NCBI GenBank assembly: GCA_002737585.1
Contig: NSIA01000077.1
Coordinates: 1-41,300 of the forward strand
Source of the DNA: Planctomycetaceae bacterium
GTDB lineage: Bacteria > Planctomycetota > Phycisphaerae > Phycisphaerales > SM1A02
Direction: 5' to 3'
Length of the DNA stretch: 41,300 nt
The notes below the pieces were generated by a model, which saw nothing but the letters and a program-made list of their open reading frames with translations, searched no databases and was not told where the DNA came from. Positions 23,209 through 32,561 of the stretch are shown here, piece by piece. How positions within the stretch are numbered: position 1 is the first letter of the stretch; the number at the start of each line of letters is the position of its first letter. Both the position numbers and the translations under genes were made by a program.

Positions 23209-24759
23209 ATGCGCCGCACCCTGAATTCCTGTCCGTTGTGGGCACCTGTGACTGCATCCATCGCGGGACTACTCGGCGGCTGCGCCGTTGGGCCGAACTA
23301 TCAGGCGCCGCAGGTTCCGGTGGAGCCACAATTCACTGCCAAGACGAACAACGCTCTCGCGGTCACCGAACCGATCAGCGAGCGCTGGTGGCAAAATTTC
23401 AATGACCCAGTACTGAACGAATTGGTGTCGCGCGCCGACATGCAGAACATCGATCTGCGCCGCACACTGCTTGCTCTTGAAGAGTACCGCGCGCAATACA
23501 CCATCGATTTTTCCAAGCTGTTCCCGGAAATGGATACTGGCCTCGGGTACAGCCGCCGACGGATCAACGGTAACGCGATAGGAATTCAGAACTCTGATGC
23601 CCTGCAACAGAGCTTCAGCAATTGGGAATGGAACATCGCTTCTGCTGCTTGGGAAATTGACGTGTGGGGCGCGGTGCGACGACAGATCGAAGCCGGCGTA
23701 TCGCGCGTACAGATGAGTGCCGCCGGTTACCGCGCCGCGTTAGTAAGTATTCGCGCGGAGGCTGCCCAGGCGTACGTCACCATTCGGCAACTGCAAGCAC
23801 AACGCAAGGCATACAGGGACCTTGCCCAGGGCTACGGAAAGTTGGTCGGCGCGATCGAGAAAAAAGTGCGCTATCAGGCCGGTTCGAAGGTGGAACTTGG
23901 CGAGGTGCGATCACGTCAGTCATCGGCATTGGCCGAGTCATTGCGCTTTGACGGGATGATCGCCAAACAGCTTTCCGGCCTGTGCATTTTGTTAGCAGAA
24001 ACGCCCGAGCGCATTCGTGCATTAGTTGAAACCGACGGCAAAGTGCCCACGGTGGACATGCCCATCGCTGTGGGAATTCCCTCGACACTACTCATGCGTC
24101 GCCCGGATGTTCAAGCTGCCGAACGCAACTTTCAAGCTGCCACTGCTGAAATCGGCGTCGCGGAAGCGGGCTACTTGCCACGCTTTACATTCACTGGCAA
24201 CTTCATCATTCAGACTCCGAATTTCAGTGACTTGGGGGATGTCAACACGAACATGACCTACGGATTCACACCCGCGGTCAGTTGGAATTTCATGAACATC
24301 CTGACCGGCGCAGCCGAAGCGCGCGTCAAGCAAGCCAAGGCGCGCTCTGCGGATGCCCTGCTGCAATACCAACTCGCGGTGGTGACTGCGGTCAACCAAG
24401 TGGAGTCTTCGATTACTTCGTTTACAGCAGCACGTGCCGTGCGCAGCAACTTCTCGGATAGCGCCCGCGAAATCGGCGCGTCTTATGACTTGGCGTTCAT
24501 GCAATACAACGCCGGCACTATTGACATTTCGCGTCTCATTGAATTCCTTCAGGCTTCAGTACTGGCGCGCAATGGACTCGCACAAGCAGAGGGGCTCGTG
24601 GCGCAAGACTGCGTTGAGTTGTACCGATCGCTCGGTGGTGGCTGGGAGAACAGCCCAATGCCCAGCGCTGTCGAGGATGTGAAGCGATTCAATCCCACCC
24701 CAACCGCAAACGACTTCTTGGCACCAAGCAGTGCAACTGCAAGTCAGTCCAACGGCTAA
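23209..24759 (+). CDS. RND efflux outer-membrane factor lipoprotein (NodT/OprM family)
   Basis: The lipobox 'LLGGC' is followed by the family-typical 'AVGPNYQAPQV'. Two repeated OEP halves are present ('RRPDVQAAERNFQAATAEIGVAEA', 'LYRSLGGGW'). Confidence 0.9.
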   Translation: MRRTLNSCPLWAPVTASIAGLLGGCAVGPNYQAPQVPVEPQFTAKTNNALAVTEPISERWWQNFNDPVLNELVSRADMQNIDLRRTLLALEEYRAQYTIDFSKLFPEMDTGLGYSRRRINGNAIGIQNSDALQQSFSNWEWNIASAAWEIDVWGAVRRQIEAGVSRVQMSAAGYRAALVSIRAEAAQAYVTIRQLQAQRKAYRDLAQGYGKLVGAIEKKVRYQAGSKVELGEVRSRQSSALAESLRFDGMIAKQLSGLCILLAETPERIRALVETDGKVPTVDMPIAVGIPSTLLMRRPDVQAAERNFQAATAEIGVAEAGYLPRFTFTGNFIIQTPNFSDLGDVNTNMTYGFTPAVSWNFMNILTGAAEARVKQAKARSADALLQYQLAVVTAVNQVESSITSFTAARAVRSNFSDSAREIGASYDLAFMQYNAGTIDISRLIEFLQASVLARNGLAQAEGLVAQDCVELYRSLGGGWENSPMPSAVEDVKRFNPTPTANDFLAPSSATASQSNG

Positions 24760-24768
24760 GCACACATT

Positions 24769-25917
24769 ATGACTATCAAGAACACTGGATTTATTGCAGC
24801 AATCATGCTTGTCTCCGCTGTAAGTAGCGCTTGCTCGCGCGCGCCACAAGGCCCAGCCGCAATGCCACCCTCGCCAGTGCGCACCGTCAAGCCAACGGTC
24901 AGCGATGTGCCAATCCACCGCGAATACCCGGGCATGACCATGAGCGTTCGCACTGTTGACATCATTCCCCGCGTGAGCGGCTGGATCGACACGCAAGGCT
25001 TCACCAATGGCCAGGCAGTCAACGAAGGACAGATGTTGTACGTGATTGATCCGCGCCCGTACCGCGTGATGGTGGAAAAAGCGAAAGCAGATATTGCGGT
25101 TGTAGAGGCGGAACTGAAGAACGCCAGTGACAAAGTAGTGCGTAACCGCCCGCTCGTTGAGGTTTCGGCAATTTCGCAAGAGGCATTCGATCAAATGCTT
25201 GCCAACCAGCGGACCGCGGAGGCCAATCTTGATGCAAAGCACGCCGCTCTTGACGAAGCGAACCTCAATCTTTCCTTTACGCGGATTGCAAGCCCTGTCA
25301 CGGGCCAGGTCAGTGCAACCAACAAGTACGCCGGTACCTCCGTCACTCCACAGGAAACACTGGTGACTGTTCGGCAAATGGATCCGCTGTGGGTTGAGTT
25401 TGAGCCCACCGACTCGGATATCCCCGCACTGCGTCGTATGCAGCTTGCTGGCGACGGAACCACGCAAGCCGCACTACCGAGCGGTACCTGGAAGCGCTCC
25501 GGCAAGGTGGTATTCATTGACAATTCAGTGAACCGCGAGACCTCCACCATTCGAACGCGGATTGAAGTACCCAATGCGGACTTGGTCATGGCGCCGGGCG
25601 CGTATGTCACTGTGAAACTCCAGGTGGATGAGTTGAAAAATGCGGTTTCCATACCGGAAAATGCACTGACGTATCAAACCGCTGCCGCCACTGTGTGGGT
25701 CGTCGACGCCGAAGGCAAGGCGCATCAGAAGGTGGTGACCACGGGTCCGCGCGGTGGAGCGGGCATCGTCATTGCCGATGGGCTTGGCGCGGATGAGACG
25801 GTGGTGATTGAAGGCATGCAGAAGCTCCGCGATGGGACTCAAACCGTTCCGCCCGAAGTCATGTTGCAGGCCGTGGAAGCGAAGATTGAGAAGCGCATGG
25901 GTAAGGCTGCCGAATGA
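24769..25917 (+). CDS. RND efflux periplasmic adaptor (membrane fusion protein)
   Basis: There is a lipoprotein-like N-terminus 'VSAVSSAC'. 'GQMLYVIDPRPY' is the lipoyl/hairpin entry and 'LSFTRIASPVTGQV' is also present. A coiled-coil segment and a beta-barrel/MP domain follow. The stop overlaps the RND start as ATGA. Confidence 0.9.
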   Translation: MTIKNTGFIAAIMLVSAVSSACSRAPQGPAAMPPSPVRTVKPTVSDVPIHREYPGMTMSVRTVDIIPRVSGWIDTQGFTNGQAVNEGQMLYVIDPRPYRVMVEKAKADIAVVEAELKNASDKVVRNRPLVEVSAISQEAFDQMLANQRTAEANLDAKHAALDEANLNLSFTRIASPVTGQVSATNKYAGTSVTPQETLVTVRQMDPLWVEFEPTDSDIPALRRMQLAGDGTTQAALPSGTWKRSGKVVFIDNSVNRETSTIRTRIEVPNADLVMAPGAYVTVKLQVDELKNAVSIPENALTYQTAAATVWVVDAEGKAHQKVVTTGPRGGAGIVIADGLGADETVVIEGMQKLRDGTQTVPPEVMLQAVEAKIEKRMGKAAE

Positions 25918-28900
25918 TCGAATTCTTTATTAAGCGCCCCATCTTTGCAACGGTCATCGCGTTGCTCATGGTGATCGCGGGCGGGCTTGCGATGACCATC
26001 ATGCCGGTCTCGCAGTTTCCGCCGATCACTCCACCGACTGTCCAGGTGTCCGCGTTCTATCCCGGCGCTTCCGCGGAGACAACCTCCGACGTAGTCACTC
26101 GCCTGCTTGAACGACAAATCAACGGCGTGCCCGGCATGATTTACATGTCGAGCAATTCCGTGAACGGCGGAAACGCGGTCATCACCGTCACCTTCGATGT
26201 CGGATACGACCTCTCCATCGGCACGGTCGATGTGCAGAACTACGCCCAGACTGCTATCCCGCAGTTGCCACCGGAAGTTCAACGCCAAGGCATTTCTGTC
26301 CGCAAGCAGTCCACCGACTTTGTGCAGGTGGTTGGCCTGCGTTCGCCAAAGGGCACGTACAACGCTGATTTTCTGGCCAATTACGCTGACATCAATATCG
26401 TGCAGACGCTGCAGCGCATCCCGGGTGTTGCTCAGGTTTCTAACTTTGGACTGCGCCAGTATTCCATGCGCATCTGGATGGATACGCAGAAGTTGGCAGC
26501 GCTTGGTATCGAACCACAGACCGTCTACAAAGCGATCGATGAGCAGAATCGCCAAGCAGTTGGTGGACAAACTGGTGCATCGCCTACGACTTCCGTGATG
26601 CCTGCATTCACCATGCAGGTGAATACCCTTGGCCGCCTTGAGCAGGTCAAGGAGTTTGAACAGATCGTGGTACGCAGTGGTAAAAACGGAACCGTGCTCC
26701 TGAAGGATGTTGCACGCGTTGAGCTTGGTGCTGCTAGTTACGCCACCGTTGGCAAGCAAGATGGCGAGGCGAGTGGACTGTTGGGTGTATTCCAACTTCC
26801 CGGATCGAACGCATTTGAGATTGCCAAAGGCGTCACCGCAGCGATGGAGTCACTCAAGAAGGACTTCCCGGAAGATGTCGATTACCGGATCAATTACGAC
26901 ACTACTAAGTTCGTCAAGGCATCGATCGAGGAAGTAGTCACAACTTTCTGGGAAGCCGCGCTTCTTGTACTGATCATCATCTACGTCTTCTTGCAGAGTT
27001 TCCGCACAACGATCATCCCCATGATCGCCATTCCGGTGTCGATCATCGGCACATTCGCCATCATGTTGGGGCTGGGATTCTCGATCAACACCCTGACGCT
27101 GCTTGGCCTGGTGCTCTCCATTGGCATCGTGGTGGACGACGCCATCGTGGTGGTAGAGAACGTTGAGCGCAAGTTCGAAGCGGGTGAAACTGATCCATAC
27201 CGAGCGGCCAGTGCGGCAATGAAGGAAGTGGCTGGTCCAATTGTGGCCACCACACTTTCGCTCGCAGCGGTCTTTGTTCCGGCATCACTGATGCCCGGGG
27301 TCACTGGCCAGTTGTATAACCAATTTGCCATGACCATTGCCATATCGGTGATCCTGTCTGGCATTAACTCACTGACACTCAGCCCCGCTCTTGCCGCCAT
27401 CTTCCTCCGCCCCCGCAAGATGGCCGAGCGCGGATTCTTTGGCGCTTTCAATCGACAATTTACACGTGTTGAATTGACATACGAGGCGACCGTTGGTTGG
27501 CTCGTTCGGCGCTGGGTGGTTGCCGGTGTCATATTTCTGGCAGCGATTGTGGCCTCACTATGGCTGGTGATCAACGCGCCGACGGCGTTCGTGCCTGACG
27601 AAGACAATGGGTACTTCTTTGTTGCTTATCAGTTGCCCGCTGGTTCCCCACTGGAGCGCACCAATGCCGTCGCCGCTGAAGCGCGCAAGATCGTTGCTGC
27701 ACAGCCGGAGGTAGACACGATCATTGAGATCAACGGTCTGAATTTTCTATCCAATGCGCCGCAGTCCAACAGCGGTGTACTCATTCCGGTACTCAAGCCG
27801 TGGTCGGAACGCACCGGCAGAGCGCAAAGCACCACTGCCATCGTGCAACGATTGCAGCCACTGCTCTGGACCATTCCAGGGGCAATGGCATTTCCATTCA
27901 ATCCGCCATCCATCCCCGGGTTGGGAACGGTTGGTGGATTCCAACTGCAGTTGATTGACCGAGCAGGCCTTGGAACCGACGCGCTATACGCCGCGGCAAT
28001 GAATGTTGTGGCCGAAGCACGCAACCATCCGGACAAACTGCTGGGCGTTTCTACCTTCTTCCAGAAGGACGTTCCGCAAGTTTGGCTTGATATTGACCGC
28101 GCTAAGTTGCAGCGTCTAGGTGTGACGGTTGCTGACGCATTCTCGGTATTGCAGCTGAATTTCGGCAGCGCTTACGTCAACCAGTTCAATCGATTCAATC
28201 AGGTGTATCAGGTGTACGTGCAAGCGGACGCGCGCTACCGCATGGCGCCGGAGGATCTTGGCAAGCTGTATGTGATCAACCGCGATCGAGAGATGATTCC
28301 GTTCTCCGCGTTCGCGCATGAACGCACTACGACCGGTCCGGACAACCTGACTCACTACAACGTCACCGACACCATTGCCATCAATGGCGCGGGCGCTCCC
28401 GGTGTCAGTTCCGGTGTTGCCACGGCTTTCATGGAAGAGATTTGCGACAAGGTCCTCCCGCAGGGCATGACCTATGAGTGGACGGGCATCGTCTATCAAG
28501 AGCGCACTTCGTCGAACGCTGCTCCCATCGTCTTCACGTTGGCGATCATTACGGTGTTCCTGTTCTTGGCTGCACAGTACGAAAGCTGGACGCTTCCGAT
28601 TCTGGTGGTGATCGCCATTCCGTTTGCTGCGCTCGGCGCCGTGGGCGGTCTCCGCATTGCAGGTATGCCGCTTGATATCTATGCGCAGATCGGGTTGGTG
28701 ATGCTCATTGGACTGGCGGCAAAGAATGCCATCTTGATCGTGGAGTTTGCCAAGGAGGCCACAGAGCGCGGCCGTTCGCCGGTGCAAGCTGCCATGGATG
28801 CGGCGCGCCTACGCCTGCGGCCGATCTTGATGACTGCACTCAGCTTCATCTTGGGTGTGGTGCCCTTGGTGATCGCCACCGGAGCTGGTGCGAACGCACG

Positions 28901-29051
28901 TCGATCGATCGGCGTGACGGTCATGGTTGGACTGGCGGTGTCGACGCTCCTGTCCTTGGTGATTGTGCCAGTCTTCTATGCACTGCTGGTAGTCATTCGT
29001 GACCGCGTGTGGGGGCCTGATGAGCCGGACGCCGAGCAGCCCGCCAAGTAA
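25914..29051 (+). CDS. RND efflux inner-membrane permease (AcrB/HAE1-type)
   Basis: The 1045-aa product starts 'MIEFFIKRPIFATVIALLMVIAG'. It has a 12-TM layout with two large periplasmic loops, plus 'GIVVDDAIVVVEN' and 'GLAAKNAILIVEFA' motifs. Confidence 0.95.
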   Translation: MIEFFIKRPIFATVIALLMVIAGGLAMTIMPVSQFPPITPPTVQVSAFYPGASAETTSDVVTRLLERQINGVPGMIYMSSNSVNGGNAVITVTFDVGYDLSIGTVDVQNYAQTAIPQLPPEVQRQGISVRKQSTDFVQVVGLRSPKGTYNADFLANYADINIVQTLQRIPGVAQVSNFGLRQYSMRIWMDTQKLAALGIEPQTVYKAIDEQNRQAVGGQTGASPTTSVMPAFTMQVNTLGRLEQVKEFEQIVVRSGKNGTVLLKDVARVELGAASYATVGKQDGEASGLLGVFQLPGSNAFEIAKGVTAAMESLKKDFPEDVDYRINYDTTKFVKASIEEVVTTFWEAALLVLIIIYVFLQSFRTTIIPMIAIPVSIIGTFAIMLGLGFSINTLTLLGLVLSIGIVVDDAIVVVENVERKFEAGETDPYRAASAAMKEVAGPIVATTLSLAAVFVPASLMPGVTGQLYNQFAMTIAISVILSGINSLTLSPALAAIFLRPRKMAERGFFGAFNRQFTRVELTYEATVGWLVRRWVVAGVIFLAAIVASLWLVINAPTAFVPDEDNGYFFVAYQLPAGSPLERTNAVAAEARKIVAAQPEVDTIIEINGLNFLSNAPQSNSGVLIPVLKPWSERTGRAQSTTAIVQRLQPLLWTIPGAMAFPFNPPSIPGLGTVGGFQLQLIDRAGLGTDALYAAAMNVVAEARNHPDKLLGVSTFFQKDVPQVWLDIDRAKLQRLGVTVADAFSVLQLNFGSAYVNQFNRFNQVYQVYVQADARYRMAPEDLGKLYVINRDREMIPFSAFAHERTTTGPDNLTHYNVTDTIAINGAGAPGVSSGVATAFMEEICDKVLPQGMTYEWTGIVYQERTSSNAAPIVFTLAIITVFLFLAAQYESWTLPILVVIAIPFAALGAVGGLRIAGMPLDIYAQIGLVMLIGLAAKNAILIVEFAKEATERGRSPVQAAMDAARLRLRPILMTALSFILGVVPLVIATGAGANARRSIGVTVMVGLAVSTLLSLVIVPVFYALLVVIRDRVWGPDEPDAEQPAK

Positions 29052-29061
29052 CCTTCGCGAC

Positions 29062-30288
29062 ATGAGCACCGCCGCTGCAGCGCCAACTATCACGCACGCT
29101 GAATTCCGCGCCCGACGCGACCGGCTACTGGCTGAACTTGGCCAGTCGGCAGGATTAGTCCTCGCTGGCGATGCGGATCCATCGCTGCACCATCCATGGA
29201 AACCGCATGCCCACTTTGAGTACCTCACCGGCGTCACCGATGAGCCCGGGGCCATGCTCTTCCTCGATCCCACCAATCCAGTGCCAGCCAAGCGCGCCAC
29301 GTTGCTGCTTCGGCCGCTCAATCCGGAAGTAGAGAAGTGGGACGGCTTCCGCGATGAGTTGGGCGGCGCGCTCCGAACCCGCCTTGGTATCGACACGGTC
29401 CTTCGCACTGGAATGCTCAGCAGACTGCTCTTGGAGGCAACGCGCCGCACTCGCTCGCTTGCGTGCTTGATGCCACTTGCTGCTTGGAATTCGCCGGTAT
29501 CTGCAGACCTGGCCATCCTGCGCGCGCAAGCTGAGCGTGTCCCCGGAACGCAAATCACTGATCGCAGCGATCTCCTCATGAAGATGCGCGCCGCGAAGAG
29601 CGCGGCAGAAATTGCCTGTATCCGTGAAGCTGGCCGAATTACCGCTACAGGCTTCGCTGCCGCCATGAAATCCATGCGCGCTGGCATGAATGAGTTTGAT
29701 CTGCAGGAAGCCGTGGAACACGCGTACCGCAGCAACGGCGCGCGGGAGTTGGCCTTCCGCACCATCGCCGGTGGCGGGTTCAACGCCACCGTCCTGCACT
29801 ACCACGCCAACGATCACGCACTCATGGCTGGCGAGTTGGTGGTTCTTGATAGTGGGGCAAAGTTTGCGGGCTACTCAGCCGACGTCACCCGGACGCTGCC
29901 GGTTTCTGGAACATTCACCCCGCGTCAACGCGAACTCTATGACTTGGTGCTCCGCTCCCAGGCCGCCGCGATCAACGCGGTGAAACCAGGAGCCACGCTC
30001 GCTGAGATCGATGCCGCTGGGCGCAAGGTCATTGTGGATGCCGGCTACGGCGACGCATTCATCCACGGAATGGGCCACCATTTAGGCTTGGAAACACACG
30101 ATGCTTCTCCTGATGCACCCCTAGAAATCGGCGCCGTCATCACCATTGAGCCAGGCATCTACCTGCCCAAGGAATCCGTTGGTATCCGGATCGAAGACGA
30201 TGTGGCCGTGACCGCTACGGGTCACGAGGTGCTCACCCCATCCATCCCCCGAAGTGCCGACGATGTGGAACGGGCGATGGCGCGCTAA
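29062..30288 (+). CDS. pepP: Xaa-Pro aminopeptidase (M24B family)
   Basis: An N-terminal creatinase-like domain is followed by 'VLDSGAKFAGYSADVTRT', 'HGMGHHLGLETHD' and 'VITIEPGIY...GIRIEDDV', which are the metal ligands of M24B. The ATG at 29062 avoids overlap with the RND gene. Confidence 0.85.
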   Translation: MSTAAAAPTITHAEFRARRDRLLAELGQSAGLVLAGDADPSLHHPWKPHAHFEYLTGVTDEPGAMLFLDPTNPVPAKRATLLLRPLNPEVEKWDGFRDELGGALRTRLGIDTVLRTGMLSRLLLEATRRTRSLACLMPLAAWNSPVSADLAILRAQAERVPGTQITDRSDLLMKMRAAKSAAEIACIREAGRITATGFAAAMKSMRAGMNEFDLQEAVEHAYRSNGARELAFRTIAGGGFNATVLHYHANDHALMAGELVVLDSGAKFAGYSADVTRTLPVSGTFTPRQRELYDLVLRSQAAAINAVKPGATLAEIDAAGRKVIVDAGYGDAFIHGMGHHLGLETHDASPDAPLEIGAVITIEPGIYLPKESVGIRIEDDVAVTATGHEVLTPSIPRSADDVERAMAR

Positions 30289-30452
30289 TCAAGCGCCACG
30301 AATTTCGCGCCGCTTGTGTTCAAACTTGGCTTAGACCGCCAAGGAGTTCACCAAAACCACATCAGTGCAGCCGATGATTCGGATGGGAGATCGCATGGAT
30401 CGCGCCTCCTGCCGCGGCCGGGCTCCGGTCGGTGACTGAAGGAGGGCTCTTG

Positions 30453-31286
30453 ATGTTCGCCTACCGCACCGTATTTGTCAGCGATGTTCACTTAGGGTTC
30501 CGCGGCGCGCGCGCCGAGGAGTTTGCTGCGTTCCTCAAGCGTATCCAGTGTGAGCGCCTGTACTTGGTGGGCGACATTGTTGATATGTGGGCACTTCGGC
30601 AGCGCTGGACGTGGCCATTGACGCACAATCAAGTGGTGCGGCGCCTTCTCAAGTTGGCCCGCCATGGAACAAAGGTGATTTACATACCGGGCAATCATGA
30701 TGATTCCCTCCGCCCGTATGCGGGCATGGAACTTGCAGGAATTCGAATTGCTAAACAAGCGGTGCACCGCCTCGCTGACGGTCGCCAGCTCTTAGTGTGC
30801 CACGGCGATGAATTCGATCTGGTCGTGCAACACTCCAAATTGCTTTCCATGTTGGGTACGTATGGATATGACTATCTGGTGCAACTCAACCGCGTGGTCA
30901 ACGGCATCCGCTCATGCCTTGGCCTGGGGCGCTGGTCATTCTCACAGACCATCAAGAAGCAGGTGAAGAGTGCCTGCACTTTCATCTCCAAGTTTGAAGA
31001 GGTGCTCGCCGACGAGGCACGACGCCGCTCACTTGATGGCGTGATTTGCGGGCATATCCATGAGCCGCGGATCGACCGTCGCGCGGATGGCCTGACCTAC
31101 GCCAACTGCGGCGATTGGATCGAGCGCGCGTCCGCGCTGGTTGAACATGCTGACGGCCGTTTAGAAATCATTGACGTCGAGGCACTCCTGCGCGAGACCG
31201 GATGGAAGCCAGACCCCACCGAGCACCCGGAGCATCTCAGTATTCCAGAAGTTGCCGTAGACGAGGAAGGCGTTCATGCGCACTGA
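30453..31286 (+). CDS. LpxH-like calcineurin-type metallophosphoesterase (UDP-2,3-diacylglucosamine diphosphatase family)
   Basis: 'VFVSDVHLG', 'LYLVGDIVDMW', 'GNHD', 'HGDEFD' and 'CGHIHEP' are the ordered metallophosphoesterase motifs as found in LpxH. AAGGAGG lies 7 nt upstream of the ATG at 30453. Confidence 0.8.
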   Translation: MFAYRTVFVSDVHLGFRGARAEEFAAFLKRIQCERLYLVGDIVDMWALRQRWTWPLTHNQVVRRLLKLARHGTKVIYIPGNHDDSLRPYAGMELAGIRIAKQAVHRLADGRQLLVCHGDEFDLVVQHSKLLSMLGTYGYDYLVQLNRVVNGIRSCLGLGRWSFSQTIKKQVKSACTFISKFEEVLADEARRRSLDGVICGHIHEPRIDRRADGLTYANCGDWIERASALVEHADGRLEIIDVEALLRETGWKPDPTEHPEHLSIPEVAVDEEGVHAH

Positions 31287-32493
31287 ACAACGAAACGTGG
31301 TGCCTCGCCTGATGAATGTGGCGTTCTGCAGCAGCTCAGTTGGATGCGGGCATACCCGCGCATCAGTAGCCATTCACGATGCGCTCCGCGCTCGGGGGCA
31401 ACTTTCTGAAGCCACCTTCATAGAAGCACTGGAACACGCGCCACGCTGGTTCAGCACGGTGTATCGCGATGGCTACCTGCGCGCCATTCGCCACGCTCCG
31501 CGCGTGGTCGGCGCGATTTACAACAGTACGGATATTCCGCGCCGCGATCGCCGACCGCTCGGGCCAGCGCTCGATCGCTTTGAAGATCGCATCATGGCAA
31601 ATTTCCGCGCGCACCCCGGACTGCATGCTGCGGATGTCGTGGTGTCCACGCACTTTCTAACGAGCGCGCTGCTCGGCCGCATGCGACTACGAGGCGAACT
31701 TCAAGCGCCCGTAGTAACCGTCGTGACCGACGAACATCCACACGCCGTATGGCTGCACCGCGGCGTCGACCTGACGTGCGTTGCCAGCCGAGCCGCTCGT
31801 ACCGCAGCGATCGCAGGCGGTATGGATCCAGCCCGAGTGGAGATCACCGGCATTCCCATCGATCCACGTTTCTGCATGACCCATCAGCGCTCGTTCGCGG
31901 TGACCGCACAACGACGGCCGATGATCTTGGTCTGCGGTGGCGGGCACGGACTTGGCGATATTCCAGCAGTGGTTCGATCACTGCTTGGCACATCGTTGCA
32001 CTGCACCATTGTTGTCGTATGCGGCAAGAACGCTGCCTTGGAGGTAGCGATGCGTGCACTGCAATCGTCAGGCAATGCGGAAAGCGCCAGTGGCCCCGAA
32101 TTGCGCGTGCTCGGCTACACCAATGCCATGCACGAACTGATGGCCGCCGCCGATCTCATGGTGGGCAAACCCGGCGGCCTCACTACTACCGAGGCCCGCG
32201 CCGTGGGGCTCCCCATGGTGCTGTTGCAGCCAATTCCAGGCCAAGAAGAGCGAAACGCAGACATGTTGGTGTCTCTCGGCGCTGCTGTTCGCGCGCAGCG
32301 TGCCAATGATGCTGGACCGGCTGTTGCCGCCATCATCAGTGACCCCGCGCGTCTCCGAAGCATGCGGATCGCCGCAAGTGCTGCGGGAAATCCAAGAGCC
32401 GCGTTTGACGTGGCTGCCGGCATCAGCGCACTGCTTGCGCAAGGGAACCAAGGCGAACGCTCAGACCGGCTGCTTGGACGACCAGCCGCATAA
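31276..32493 (+). CDS. MGDG-synthase-like / GT28-family diacylglycerol glycosyltransferase
   Basis: The N-terminal 'VAFCSSSVGCGHTRASVAIHDAL' matches the G-x-G-H loop of the MGDG_synth domain. The C-terminal 'MVGKPGGLTTTEARAVGLPMVLLQPIPGQEERNADML' matches the GT28 C-domain motif. The ATG at 31276 follows GAGGAAGG and overlaps the upstream gene by 11 nt. The ATG at 31312 is an alternative. Confidence 0.8.
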   Translation: MRTEQRNVVPRLMNVAFCSSSVGCGHTRASVAIHDALRARGQLSEATFIEALEHAPRWFSTVYRDGYLRAIRHAPRVVGAIYNSTDIPRRDRRPLGPALDRFEDRIMANFRAHPGLHAADVVVSTHFLTSALLGRMRLRGELQAPVVTVVTDEHPHAVWLHRGVDLTCVASRAARTAAIAGGMDPARVEITGIPIDPRFCMTHQRSFAVTAQRRPMILVCGGGHGLGDIPAVVRSLLGTSLHCTIVVVCGKNAALEVAMRALQSSGNAESASGPELRVLGYTNAMHELMAAADLMVGKPGGLTTTEARAVGLPMVLLQPIPGQEERNADMLVSLGAAVRAQRANDAGPAVAAIISDPARLRSMRIAASAAGNPRAAFDVAAGISALLAQGNQGERSDRLLGRPAA

Positions 32494-32561
32494 ACGGCTG
32501 TAGCCCGCCGCATCGGGTCAACTCAATCCGGTCGCGAACCGCTTAAAGCCATCACCATGGT

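Noticed and set aside
23209-29051. The OMF-MFP-RND operon as a novel or horizontally acquired resistance island.
   Set aside because: All three components are standard, complete and translationally coupled. There are no flanking mobility genes or repeats. The OMF-first gene order is less common but well known.
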